From: Leucoraja erinacea
Lineage: Eukaryota
Direction of reading: 5' to 3'
Length of the DNA stretch: 64,000 nucleotides
Assembly: GCF_028641065.1 (NCBI RefSeq)
Contig: NW_026575814.1
Coordinates: forward strand, 124,001-188,000
The position numbers and the translations under genes were made by a program. The notes beneath the pieces are model-generated. The model saw only the letters and a list, made by a program, of their open reading frames with translations. It was not told where the DNA came from and searched no databases. The number at the start of each line of letters is the position of its first letter. The first letter of the stretch is position 1. Below, in pieces: positions 37,577 through 50,667 of the stretch.

Positions 37577-38355
37577 TAACCATATAACAATTACAGCACG
37601 GAAACAGGCCATCTCGACCCTTCTAGTCCGTGCCGAACACATAATCTCCCCTAGTCCCATATACCTGCGCTCAGACCATAACCCTCCATTCCCTTCCCAT
37701 CCATATAACTATCCAATTTATTTTTTAAATGATAAAAACGAACCTGCCTCCACCACCTTCACTGGAAACTCATCCCACACAGCTACCACTCTCTGAGTAA
37801 AGAAGTTACCCCTCATGTTACCCCTAAACTTCAGTCCATTAATTCTCAAGTCATGTCCCCTTGTTTGAATCTTCCCTACTCTCAGTGGGAAAAGCTTTTC
37901 CACGTCAACTCTGTCTATCCCTCTCATCATTTTAAAAACCTCTATCAAGTCCCCCCTTAACCTTCTGCGCTCCAAAGAATAAAGCCCTAACTTGTTCAAC
38001 CTTTCTCTGTAACTTAGTTGCTGAAACCCAGGCAACATTCTAGTAAATCTCCTCTGTACTCTCTCTATTTTGTTGACATCCTTCCTATAATTAGGCGACC
38101 AAAATTGTACACCATACTCCAGAATTGGCCTCACCAATGCCTTGTACAATTTTAACATTACATCCCAACTTCTATACTCAATGCTCTGATTTATAAAGGC
38201 CAGCACACACCAAAAGCTTTCTTTACCACCCTATCTACATGAGATTCCACTTTCAGGGAACTGTGCACAGTTATTCCCAGATCCCTCTGTTCACCTACAT
38301 TCTTCAATTCCCTACCATTTACCATGTACGTCCTATTTTGATTTGTCCTGCCAAA
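37577..38355 (-). mobile_element. CR1 LINE 3' fragment, family B1
   Basis: ORFs 37718-38206 and 38191-38448. Confidence 0.92.
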
Positions 38356-38909
38356 ATGTTGGGAGTAACTCAGCGGGACATGCATCATCTCCGGAGAAAA
38401 GGAATGGGTGACGTTTCGAGGCCTTCTGTAGGCTGAACTGAATTGCATCGTAGAGATGGAGAGGAGGAGATGTGACGATGAACTGCAGTCATAGAATCAG
38501 AGTTGTCTTCACTATTGTAAAATCTAAAACAATAACCTGAAGTGCTGTCACATCCCAGAGTCAGATGTACCATTTGATGTTGTTGGGTGTTCCACATATA
38601 GCACAGTTATATTTGCAGTGACAGAGAAGACAGAGAAGTTGCTGTTGCCCTGTCAACATCACTGGTCCACAGAGAGAGAGCGGTTATTTCCTTAGACCAT
38701 ACGAAATAGGTGCAGAATTAGCCATTCAGCCCATTGAATCTGCTCCTCCATTCGATCATGGCCAATCTATTTTTCCCTCACAACGTAACCTTTGACGCCC
38801 TTACTAATCAAGAAACTATCAATCTCAGCTTTAGAAACACCCACTGGAATAACATTTGGGTATTGTAAGGCGGAAACTCTACTGCTGCACCACCATGCTG
38901 CCAACATGT

Positions 38910-39310
38910 TAGAAACATAGAAATTAAGTGCAGGAGTAGGCCATTCGGCCCTTCGAGCCTGCACCCGCCATTCAATATGATCATGGCTGATCATCCAACT
39001 CAGTATCCCGTACCTGCCTTCTCTCCATACCCCCTGATCCCCTTAGCCACAAGGGCCACATCTAACTCCCTCTTAAATATAGCCAATGAACTGGCCTCAA
39101 CTACCCTCTGTGGCAGAGAGTTCCAGAGATTCACCACTCTCTGTGTGAAAAAAGTTTAGAGTGTCGCCATTTTCTTCTCATCTCGGTTTTAAAGGATTTC
39201 CCCCTTATCCTTAAGCTGTGACCCCTTGTCCTGGACTTCCCTAACATCGGGAACAATCTTCCTGCATCTAGCCTGTCCAACCCCTTATGAATTTTGTAAG
39301 TTTCTATAAG
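38910..39310 (-). mobile_element. CR1 LINE 3' fragment, family A
   Basis: ORF 39131-39334 plus tail. Confidence 0.88.
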
Positions 39311-40669
39311 AAACTTACAAAATTGTGGTGTCATTCCTTGGATGTAATCAAGATTTCTTCAGTGTTGATGGGGCTGTACTCTCAGCCCCTAGATCCCATA
39401 GGCTTATCACTGCTACAACTGCTGCCCCCCAACCTCTTAATCTGATCTCAATCTTCGATAAACCCTTCACCAATACCCCACCATTTATTACACCCGCCAA
39501 GTTTGACAAAGCTTTTGATTGTTGCTCCCTGGTGTATCTGAAGGGGCTTTCACTTGTACCAAAGTGTGCTATGTAACAGCTATCGTCGAGATCTACTGTG
39601 CGTTGAGAGTGCTGTCCATTTGCACGGGATCCTGGTGATTCCTGCAGCACCACATTGCTAAGGAGGCTGGCTCCCAACTGGCAGCAGGGAGACAGACTCC
39701 GCCCTGCTGGACCGCTTGAGTTTTTCATTGTTTTACATAGTTTTACATGGAAAATAGACACAAAATGTCGGCGTAACTTTTGGTTGGCACAGCGGTAGAG
39801 TTGCTGCTTTACAGCTATTGCAGCACCGGAGACCCGGGTTTGATCCTGACTACAGGTGCTGTCTGTACAGAGTTTGTATGTTTTGTAAGGGCCTGTTTCC
39901 ACGCTGTATCTCTAAACTAAACTCAACGGTGGCATCTCTGGAGAAAAGGAATAGGTGACGTTTTGAGTCCATACCCTTCTTCAGACTGAGCCAGGGGAGA
40001 GGGAGAATAGAGGACTAGTTTGCATCTACCCTGACTCTCAGTCCAAAGAATGGTCTAAACCCGAAATGTCATCTATTTATTCCGTTCCTCCAGAATGCTG
40101 CCTGACCCGATGAGTTACTCCAGCATTTTGTGTCTATCTTCGGTGTAAACCAGCGCCTGCAGTTCCTCCCTACATATGTCTTTTTTCAAACTCGTGTACA
40201 TTGGAAATCATTTGACACTGATTAAAAAGTTAAATATGATAAAACCCCAATGATGTGGCACCCAATTATTCAGAATCAGATCTGGTATTTGGCTAGATGT
40301 GAGCTGGGGGTAGAGAATGTAGGTGGATGGGGTCCTGACTCTCGAGAATCAAGAGTCACAAGTGTTTAATAGTCACTAAGTCTATATCACTGGTCGCCCA
40401 ACTCAATATTCCACCTCTCCACCAATTCCAATATTGGTGGCCAGTGGGGGAAGGGGGGGCTTTCTGGTGCGCTAATATGGGTGTTGTGGGCTGAAGGGAC
40501 TGGATTCCAGAGGGATAGCATGGGCATTGTGGGCCAAATGGATTTGTGGGGTGGCAGCTCAAGTCACTCAAGCCAGATGTGCTGGCAGCTCACTCACGGC
40601 TGGTGGACCGGCAGATGACTTGTGGCGATTCCTTGAAATTCCATTTCAAGCAGGGTGCAAGGCCACCAT

Positions 40670-42098
40670 AAAACCACACAAAACATCACACTCACAGTTC
40701 AGTAGACATTGCTCTGCCCTTTGCTTTCCATGTGCTTTAATGGTTGTCTGGTTCATGGTGTCCTGCCAAATGCTATCATGTCTGTAATGTTAGTGCCTGT
40801 GCTTAAAGACAAGGCTGGTAAGCTCAACAGTATTGACAATTATCGACCTATTGCATTAGCCAGTATCTTGTTTAAAGTACTGGAGAGAATACTGCTAACA
40901 AAGCTAGAAATGTATGTCCTTACTACTGACAATCAGTTTGGCTTCAAAAGAAAACATGGAACTGACCAGTGTATCTATGCTCTTAAAGAGATTGCGTTCA
41001 GGTACACAAGCCTGAATTCATCTGTATTCCTATGTTTTATTGATGCGTCCAAGGCATTTGATAGAATTAATCATGAACAATTGTTTGTAAAATTGCTGGA
41101 TAGAGGTGCCCCTAAATTTTTAGTGAGAATTTTAGTGTTTTGGTATGCCCATCAAACGTTTCAGGTTAAATGGGACAATGTTGTATCTGCTCCATTCTGT
41201 GTTAGTGACGGAGTGCGGCAAGGAGGAATTTTGTCTCCCATTTTATTTAATGTTTATATGGACGAATTATCAAATCAGTTAAATAGGTTAAAAACTGGCT
41301 GTCTTGTGGGCAACATTATTGTTAATCATCTTATGTATGCAGACGACCTGGTCCTGCTCTGTCCATATAGTGCTGGGCTGCAGCAGATGTTGAAGGTGTG
41401 CTCTCAGTATGGCCTTGATTATGACATAAAGTATAACGCTAAGAAAAGCCGCATAATGATAGTTAGAAGCGCTGAGGACAGCGAATCAACTTTTACGACC
41501 TTTTATTTGTCAGACAGTCCTCTAACTGTGTGTGAGGAAATTAAATACCTAGGTCATGTCATATCCGATGACTGGACGGATGACAAAGACCTCTACCGAC
41601 AGCGCTGTAAATTTTATTTTCAAGCTAACATACTTATAAGGAGGTTTTCTACGTGCTCTGACTCTGTGAAGTGTTCCTTGTTCAGAACCTATATCACACC
41701 GTTAAATACTGCTCAATTGTGGTCTAACTATAAGAAAGAGTATGCAGAGGCTCAAGGTAGCATACAATGATGCAATGAGGTTGCTGCTTCATGTCCCCAG
41801 GTGGCATAGTGCCAGTCAATTGTTTGTGTCAACTAGAGTGCCAACCTGTGAGGCACTCTTAAGACAGCTGATGTTTAGTTTTATGTGTCGCCTGGACAAG
41901 TCAGAGAACCACATAATTGAAGCCCTAGTCAGCCCTCTGAAAAGCTGCTATAGATTCACTTCTAGGCTAAGATGGCATTGGTGCAATAGCTTGTATATCT
42001 TATAGGCTAATATGCAATTTTTAATGTATTTTTTGTATCTCCTTATACTGTATGATGTGTTATATGGACCTGTGTCTGAAATAAAGCTTTATTATTAT
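40670..42098 (+). mobile_element. Non-CR1 LINE (RTE-X-like) reverse transcriptase 3' half, one frameshift
   Basis: ORF 40709-41770 (NYRPIAL, QFGFK, DASKAFD, GVRQGGILSP, HLMYADD) continues in ORF 41742-42005; AATAAA plus (TTA)n tail. Clade assignment is tentative. Confidence 0.85.
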
Positions 42099-42099
42099 T

Positions 42100-42678
42100 C
42101 GGTGTGTTTAGTTGATTCACAGCTCAGACAGAGTCATGACCTCTCCCTCCCCCATCTTGCAGAGACTGAGCCACATCCACACTTCCAGATTTTATAATCC
42201 CTCCCCCCTCCCACCAGAAGGGGTGTAGCCTTTATGGTGCTTTATTTCGAACCAACCGCCACCAACAACCATTTGCTGTGCTATATTTTGAACCAACCAC
42301 ATTAAGGGCACTCAAGGTCAGTAAAACCACGCTCACAGTTTATTAGAAATGTGTTCAGTGTTATTCACAGCTCCGACTGAGAGGCGTGACCCTCTCGCTC
42401 CCCCATCCTGCAGAGACTGACTGAGGCACTCAACACTTCCGGGTTTTATAGTCTCTCCGGTAGGGGCGTGGCCTTCAGAAGAGAGAATCACAACATTTTT
42501 TTAAACACTAGTAACTCTTACTTTTCATCGTTGAGAAAAATCCTCTTGTCCTGCACAGCGGAGGGGGACTCTGAGTAAGATGACCAAAAATCACAGCCGT
42601 AAGTGGCAGCGTTTTTTCTAAAATCAATAATCAGAACACCAGGAAGTGGTCAAGATCAGATTTTTAGTAATATAGATA
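42100..42678 (-). mobile_element. Probable non-autonomous Helitron-like element 5' part (may continue at 40380-40670 beyond the LINE)
   Basis: Minus strand begins A|TCTATATTACTAAAAATCTG; internal duplicated blocks (CACAGCTC...CCCCATC..GCAGAGACTGA...ACACTTCC at ~42118 and ~42366). Confidence 0.4.
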
Positions 42679-42999
42679 TGTACATAAAATGAAACAATTA
42701 AATCCTTACTTGTAGCAGCGTAAACCGGCCAGTAAACAGTAATCAAGGATAACATAATAAACAAAAATAATTCTAAAAATTGAAAACCCCCCAATATTAT
42801 TGCGAAGATCCTGAAGTCTTTAGTGCATCTGATACAGTTTGTAGTTCATAGTTTATTCGGTGTTTGTAGAGTTCAAGTGGTTGATGGTTGTTGGGATGAA
42901 GCTATTCTTGACCCTTGACGTCACGGTTTTCAGACTCTTAATACCTTCTTCCCGATGGCAGGAGTGCAATGGGAGCATGGGTGAGGGCCACATATCCTC

Positions 43000-43400
43000 C
43001 TTTACATCAGTTATACCAAAGAAGGCTAAGTACCCGTTTTGCCGAACACTTGTGTCTGCTAAGGCCTGCTGGATCACCCGGTTCCCAGCCATTTTAACTC
43101 CCCTTCCCATTTCCAGACCGAACTTTGTGTCTTGGGACTCCTCCATTGCCAGAGTGAGGCCACACGCAAATCGGAGGAACAGCACCTCGTATTCCGCTTG
43201 GGTAGTTAACAAACAAAGGATATGAACACTGAACTCTCCAATTTCAAGTAATGCTTCCCCAAACCCTTCTCCTTCCTGTGCTCCCCCCCATCCCACCATT
43301 TGCACAGCCATTTCTCCCACCACCTCCCACCCACATAATCCCGTTCCTTTCCACTCCTTTAAGCGTTTATCTCCCATCTCCCCGTCCGCTGTGCAGAACG
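43000..43400 (+). mobile_element. Degenerate Penelope-like fragment
   Basis: Similar to 4482-4808 (GAGGAACAGCACCTCGTATTCCGCTTGGG). Confidence 0.7.
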
Positions 43401-43414
43401 AACGCGAGAGCAGG

Positions 43415-45780
43415 CGAACCAACGAGAGAGCAGGCTATTTTAGACTGGGTATTGAGCAATGAGGAAGGGTTAGTTAGCAGTCTTGTTGTACGTGCCCCCT
43501 TGGGCAAGAGTGACCATAATATGGTTGAGTTCTTCATTAGGATGGAGAGTGGCATTGCTAATTCAGAAACAAGAGACCTGAACTTAAAGAAAGGTGACTT
43601 TGAGGGTATGAGACGTGAATTGGCCAAGATTGACTGGCAATTAATTCTAAAAGGGTTGACGGTGGATATGCAATGGAAGACATTTAAAGACTGCATGGAT
43701 GAACTACAAAAAATTGTTCATCCCAGTTTGGCAAAATAATAAATCAGGGAAGGTAGTGCATCCGTGGATAACAAGGGACATCAGGGATAGTATCAAAGCG
43801 AAGGATGATGCGTACAAATTAGCCAGAAAAAGTAGCATACCGGAGGACTGGGAGAAATTCAGTGACCAGCAGAGGAGGACAAAGGGCTTAATTAGGAAAG
43901 GAAAAATAGATTATGAAAGAAAACTGGCAGGGAACATAAAAACCGACTGCAAAAGTTTTTATAGATATGTGAAAAGAAAGAGATTAGTTAAAACAAATGT
44001 AGGTCCCTTGCAGTCAGAAACAGGTGAGTTGATCATGGGGAACAAGGATATGGCGGACCAATTGAATAACTACTTTGGTTCCGTCTTCACTAAGGAAGAC
44101 ATAAATAATCTGCCGGAAATAGCAGGGGACCGCAGGTCAAAGGAGTTGGAGGAATTGAGTGAAATCCAGGTTAGTCGGGAAGTGGTGTTGGGTAAATTGA
44201 ATGGATTAAAGGCCGATAAATCCTCAGGGCCAGATAGGCTGCATCCCAGAGTACTTAAGGAAGTAGCTCCAGAAATAGTGGATGCATTAGTAATAATCTT
44301 TCAAAACTCTTTAGATTCTGGAGTAGTTCCTGAGGATTGGCGGGTAGCAAACGTAACCCCACTTTTAAAGAAGGGAGGGAGAGAGAAAACGGGGAATTAC
44401 AGACCAGTTAGTCTAACATCGGTAGTGGGGAAACTGCTAGAGTCAGTTATTAAAGATGGGATAGCAGCACATTTGGAAAGTGGTGAAATCATTGGACAAA
44501 GTCAGCATGGATTTACGAAAGGTAAATCATGTCTGACGAATCTTATAGAATTTTTCGAGGATGTAACTAGTATCGTGGATAGGGGAGAACCAGTGGATGT
44601 GGTGTATCTGGACTTCCAGAAGGCTTTCAACAACGTCCCACATAAGAGATTAGTATACAAACTTAAAGCACACGGCATTGGGGGTTCAGTATTGATGTGG
44701 ATAGAGAACTGACTGGCAAACAGGAAGCAAAAGAGTAGGAGTAAACGGGTCCTTTTCACAATGGCAGGCAGTGACTAGTGGGGTACCGCAAGGCTCAGTG
44801 CTGGGACCCCAGCTATTTACAATATATATTAATGATCTGGATGAGGGAATTGAAGGCAATATCTCCAAGTTTGCGGATGACACTAAGCTGGGGGGCAGTG
44901 TTAGCTGTGAGGAGGATGCTAGGAGACTGCAAGGTGACTTGGATAGGCTGGGTGAGTGGGCAAATGTTTGGCAGATGCAGTATAATGTGGATAAATGTGA
45001 GGTTATCCATTTTGGTGGCAAAAACAGGAAAGCAGACTATTGTCTAAATGGTGGCCGATTAGGAAAAGCGGAGATGCAGCGTGACCTGGGTGCCATGGTA
45101 CACCAGTCATTGAAGGTAGGCATGCAGGTGCAGCAGGCAGTGAAGAAAGCGAATGGTATGTTAGCTTTCATAGCAAAAGGATTTGAGTATAGGAGCAGGG
45201 AGGTTCTACTGCAGTTGTACAGGGTCTTGGTGAGACCACACCTGGAGTATTGCATACAGTTTTCGTCTCCAAATATGAGGAAGGACATTATTGCCATAGA
45301 GGGAGTGCAGAGAAGGTTCACCAGACTGATTCCTGGGATGTCAGGACTGTCTTATGAAGAAAGACTGGATAGATTTGGTTTATACTCTCTAGAATTTAGG
45401 AGATTGAGAGGGGATCTTATAGAAACGTACAAAATTCTTAAGGGGTTGGACAGGCTAGATGCAGGAAGATTGTTCCCGATGTTGGGGAAGTCCAGGACAA
45501 GGGGTCACAGCTTAAGGATAAGGGGGAAATCCTTTAAAACTGAGATGAGAAGAACTTTTTATAACACAGAGAGTGGTGAATCTCTGGAACTCTCTGCCAC
45601 AAGGGCAGTTCATTGGCTATATTTAAGAGGGAGTTAGATGTGGCTAAGGGGATCAGAGTGTATGGAGAGTAGGCAGGTATGGGATACTGAGTTGGATGAT
45701 CAGCCATGATCATATTGAATGGTGGTGCAGGCTCGAAGGGCCGAATGGCCTACTCCTGCACCTAATTTCTATGTTTCTAT
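43415..45780 (+). mobile_element. Longest CR1 family A copy (~2.4 kb ORF2 fragment: end of endonuclease, RT and C-terminus; several disablements)
   Basis: ORFs 43251-43739 (LGKSDHN), 43699-44712 (NYRPVSL, QHGF, DFQKAF) and 44771-45637 ([14 protein letters not shown]). Confidence 0.95.
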
Positions 45781-45959
45781 CCATGTCCCCTATTTCCCCT
45801 TTATCCTCACTGTTTTCCCTTTCCCCTGCCCCCATCCATCCACATCCTTCCCTTCGGCTTTGCGTTGCACTCCTCTTCTTTTCTCCTTATTCTTTTGACC
45901 CCTTTTCACCTCCGGCCTTTGTTAGTTACTCCACCCCCTCTACCCAGCTCACCTGTACA

Positions 45960-46150
45960 GGTACAACTCCAATGATGTCACCTGCGAATGTGGTATTGAA
46001 TCACAAACAATGGAACACCTGCTGAAATGTCCTCAACTGGAAAACCAACGCACAGCTGCCGATCTCACTGCCTACAATGAAGATGCCGTGAAGTGTGTTC
46101 AGCTCTGGCTGAACAATATCTAATCATGTGATGTGGACTCAATAAGAAGA
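45960..46150 (+). mobile_element. Vingi/I-group-like LINE extreme 3' end
   Basis: YNSNDVTCECGIESQTMEHLLKCPQL...VQLWLNNI* zinc knuckle; very short UTR ending AATAAGAAGA; ACCTGTA on both flanks. Confidence 0.65.
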
Positions 46151-46344
46151 CCTGTAGAGGTGTCAGGGGTTATAGGGAGAAAGTAGGAGAATGGGGATAG
46201 GAGGGAGAGATAGATCAGGCATTATTGAATAGTGGAATAGACTTGATGGGCCGAATGGCCTAATTCTCCTCCAATTACATGACCTATTACACCCACCAAT
46301 CACTTGCCAAACTTTGTCCCTTCCCCACATCTCTTTTCTAACTT

Positions 46345-46768
46345 TATAACCATATAACAATTACAGCATGGAAACAGGCCCTTCTAGTCCGTGCCGAACA
46401 CATAATCTCCCCTAGTCCCATATACCTGCGCTCAGACCATAACCCTCCATTCCCTTCCCGTCCATATAACTATCCAATTTATTTTTAAATGATAAAAACG
46501 AACCTGCCTCCACCACCTTCACTGGAAGCTCATTCCACACAGCTACCACTCTCTGAGTAAAGAAGTTCCCCCTCATGTTACCCCTAAACTTCAGTCCCTT
46601 AATTCTCATGTCATGTCCCCTTGTTTGAATCTTCCCTACTCTCAGTGGGAAAAGCTTTTCCACGTCAACTCTGTCTATCCCTCTCATCATTTTAAAAACC
46701 TCTATCAAGTCCCCCCTTAACCTTCTGCGCTCCAAAGAATAAAGCCTTAACTTGTTCAACCTTTCTCT
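46345..46768 (-). mobile_element. CR1 LINE 3' fragment, family B1
   Basis: ORF 46412-46807. Confidence 0.92.
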
Positions 46769-48242
46769 CCTATCCGTCTGAAGAAGGGCCTTGACCTGAA
46801 ACGTCATCTGTCAATTTGCTCCCCAGATGCTGCCTAACCTGTAGGCTTCCTCCAGCAGTTTGTGTTTTGTTCTAGATTCCAGCAGCTGCAGTTTCTTGCG
46901 TCATCACTGATTTTGGTTTAGGACAGGAGCCAGGATCTCAGACATAAACATATCTCAAACATATTTTTAAAAATTGCATTTGATGATCTTAAGTTCATGT
47001 TAGAGGAGCAGGATTAGGCCATTCGGCCCATTAAGCCTACTCCACCATTCAATCATGGCCCATCTATCTTCCCCTCGCTACACCATTCTCCTGCCCTTCA
47101 AGTGCCAAGTCAAGTCAAGTCAAGTCAAGTCAAGTTTATTTGTCACATACACATACGAGGTGTGCAGTGAAATGAAAGTGGCAATGCTCGCGGACTTTTG
47201 TGCAAAAGACAAACAACCAAACAAACTATAAACACAATCATAACACACATATTCTTTTACATAATAAATAATGGAAGGGTGTCTCTCCATAACCTCTGAC
47301 ACCCGTACTAATCAAGAATCTATCAATGTCTTCCTTAAAAATATCAATTGACAGCCTGCACAGCCTTCTGTGGCGATTAATTCCACAGATTTACCACCCT
47401 CCGACTAAAGAAATTCCTCCTCATCTCCTTCCGAAAGGTAAGTCCTTTTATTCTGAGGCTATGGCCTCTGTCCTCAACTCTCCCACTAGTGTAAACATCC
47501 TCTCCACATCCACTCTATTCGGTAAATTTCAATAAGGTCACCCTTCATCCTTCTAAACTCCAACAAGTCCAGGTCCAGTGCCATCTAACGTTCATCATAT
47601 GTTAACCCTCTCATTCCTGCGATAATAGGAAATTCTCTGAAAAATCCACTAGGTACCAAGAAAGTTCTACGGTTTCCGAATTATTGGAGTTTCACTGTAG
47701 TTAGAAAGGCTGGATGCGCACACAAAAATAATTTCAAACATATATTCAATTAAATTAAAAGGAAAGTTGTTCTTACCTTTCTGCAGACAGTTCATTTCTC
47801 CCATTCGTGTAAATGGTCTGTTGTACATATCGCTGAAGAACATGCCCTGGAATTAGTAGTCTGAATCAGAAGTGTGCATGTTTTCCCCAGCTTTGGGAAT
47901 AAATCATTTCCAGGCCCATTCCCTGGCAGATTTTCGAACGTTTGGCCAAGCGTTAATATGGAAGATTGCCGAGTCCTCTAGTGGCTGCATTCCGTGGTTG
48001 AGCAGTTTCCAAAGCAACAAGTAATTTACATGTACACACAAAAAGCTGGAGTAACTCAGTGGGGCAGGCAGCATCACTGGAGAGAAGGTGTTTAAGAAGG
48101 AACTGCAGATGCTGGAAAATCAAAGGTACACAAAAATGCTGGAGAGACTCAGCGGGTGCAGCAGCATCTATGGAGCGAAGGAAATTGGCAACGTTTTGGG
48201 CCGAAACGTTGCCTACTTCCTTTGCTCCATAGATACCTTGAT

Positions 48243-48582
48243 AGTTGATGTGGACAAGCTTTTCCCTTTGAGAATAGGGAAGATTCAAACAAGAGGACAT
48301 GACTTCAGAATTAAGGGACAGAAGTTTAGGGGTAATATGAGGGGGAACTTCTTTACTCAGAGAGTGGTAGCGGTGTGGAATGAGCTTCCAGTGGAAGTGG
48401 TGGAGGCAGGTTCATTGGTATCATTTAAAAATAAATTGGATAGGCATATGGATGAGAAGGGAATGGAGGGTTATGGTATGAGTGCAGGCAGGTGGGACTA
48501 AGGGGGAAAAAAAAATTTGTTCGGCACGGACTTGTAGGGCCGAGATGGCCTGTTTCCGTGTTGTAATTGTTATATGGTTATA
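48243..48582 (+). mobile_element. CR1 LINE 3' fragment, family B2
   Basis: C-terminal part of ORF 48088-48501. Confidence 0.9.
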
Positions 48583-48960
48583 CCTCTGGAGAGAAGGAAT
48601 GGGTGACGTTTCGGGTCGAGACCTTCTTCAGATTGGTTATGGATAAGGGAAACGAATGATATAAACGATAATGTAGAGAGATCAAGAACAATGAATTAAA
48701 CATATGCACAAAAGTAACGATGATAAAGGAAACAGGCCATTGTTGGCTGTTTGTTGGGTGAAACCAAGAAGCTAGTGGGGGAGGGATAGTGAGAGAGGGA
48801 ATGCCGGGGTTAATTGATGTTAGAGAAATCAAAACTCATACCACTGGCTGTAAGCAGCCCAAGCGAAATACGAGATGATGTTCCTCCAATTTGCGTTTAG
48901 CCTCACTCTGAAAATGGAGGAGACCTAGGGCAGAAAGGACTGTGTGGGAATGGGAATGAA
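48583..48960 (-). mobile_element. Penelope-like terminal fragment with intact hammerhead-like core at 48605-48631
   Basis: Minus strand CTGAAGA-AGGTCTCGACCC-GAAA-CGTC; upstream remnant of the GIY-YIG C-terminus. Confidence 0.7.
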
Positions 48961-49224
48961 AGTGTTAAGTCATTTACTCCATCTTTAATGAGAACAAAGT
49001 TGGCACAGAATGTGACAAATGCCACACCTGCACACAGGAGATTTTGCAGTTTGGAATTGCAAATTAATTGATGTTTGTAGCAGGTCATTGTCAAGAACCA
49101 TGCAAAGTGGGCAATACAGTGGCGTGGCGGTAGAGGTGCTGCCTTACAGCATTAGAAACCCGGGTTCAATCCTGCCGACGAGTGCTTGTTTATATGGAGG
49201 TTTGTATGTTCTCATTGTGACTAT

Positions 49225-49817
49225 GTTGGGATGTAATGTTAAAATTGTACAAGGCATTGGTGAGGCCAATTCTGGAGTATGGTGTACAATTTTGGTCGCC
49301 TAATTATAGGAAGGATGTCAACAAAATAGAGAGAGTACAGAGGAGATTTACTAGAATGTTGCCTGGGTTTCAGCAACTAAGTTACAGAGAAAGGTTGAAC
49401 AAGTTAGGGCTTTATTCTTTGGAGCGCAGAAGGTTAAGGGGGGACTTGATAGAGGTTTTTAAAATGATGAGAGGGATAGACAGAGTTGACGTGGAAAAAC
49501 TTTTCCCACTGAGAGTAGGGAAGATTCAAACAAGGGGACATGACATGAGAATTAAGGGACTGAAGTTTAGGGGTAACATGAGGGGGAACTTCTTTACTCA
49601 GAGAGTGGTAGCTGTGTGGAATGAGCTTCCAGTGAAGGTGGTGGAGGCAGGTTCGTTTTTATCATTTAAAAATAAATTGGATAGTTATATGGATGGGAAG
49701 GGAATGGAGGGTTATGGTCTGAGCGCAGGTATATGGGACTAGGGGAGATTATGTGTTCGGCACGGACTAGAAGGGTCGAGATGGCCTGTTTCCGTGCTGT
49801 AATTGTTATATGGTTAT
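49225..49817 (+). mobile_element. CR1 family B1 fragment inserted in an HE1-like SINE (49115-50005)
   Basis: ORF 49236-49742; TATGTTGG on both flanks. Confidence 0.93.
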
Positions 49818-50250
49818 GTTGGTTTTCTCCGGGTGCTCCGTCTCCTTTCACATTCAAAAGACGTACAGGTTTGCAGATTATTGGCTTTTGTAAATGGTCC
49901 CTAGTGTGTAAGATTGATCTAGTGCACGGGGATCATTGGTTGGTGCGGACCTGATGGGCCAAAGGGCCTGTTTCCACACTGTATCTCTAAACTAAATTCA
50001 ACTAAAGCAGTAAGGTAGCACTAGAGAGCTTGCAGAGTATATTAGTAAACGGAATAGATAGAGGATTGATCGCCAGAACCCATTTCTTCAGGTGGAAATG
50101 TCAAAGACTAGTGGGCACAGCTTTAAGGTGAAATGGGCACATTTTATAGATGAGTGGGACAAGCTTTTTACAGAGCGGTGGGTGCCTGCAATTCACTGCC
50201 AAGGGTGGTGGTGGAGGCAGATATGATAGTGGTGTTGAAGAGGCTTTTAG

Positions 50251-50667
50251 ATACTCTCTAGAATTTAGGAGATTGAGAGGGGATCTTATAGAAACTTACA
50301 AAATTCTTAAGGGGTTGGACAGGCTAGATGCAGGAAGATTGTTCCCGATGTTGGGGAAGTCCAGGACAAGGGGTCACAGCTTAAGGATAAGGGGGAAATC
50401 CTTTAAAACCGAGATGAGGAGAACTTTTTTCACACAGAGAGTGGTGAATCTCTGGAACTCTCTGCCACAGAGGGTAGTTGAGGCCAGTTCATTGGCTATA
50501 TTTAAGAGGGAGTTAGATGTGGCCCTTGTGGCCAAGGGGATCAGAGGGTATGGAGAGAAGGCAGGTACGGGATACTGAGTTGGATGATCAGCCATGATCA
50601 TATTAAATGGCGGTGCAGGCTCGAAGGGCCGAATGGCCTACTCCTGCACCTATTTTCTATGTTTCTA
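50251..50667 (+). mobile_element. CR1 LINE 3' fragment, family A
   Basis: C-terminal part of ORF 50150-50578. Confidence 0.9.

Noticed and set aside
39348-39902. 184-aa minus-strand ORF
   Set aside because: The first part is antisense SINE; the remainder has no recognisable motif or convincing splice sites.
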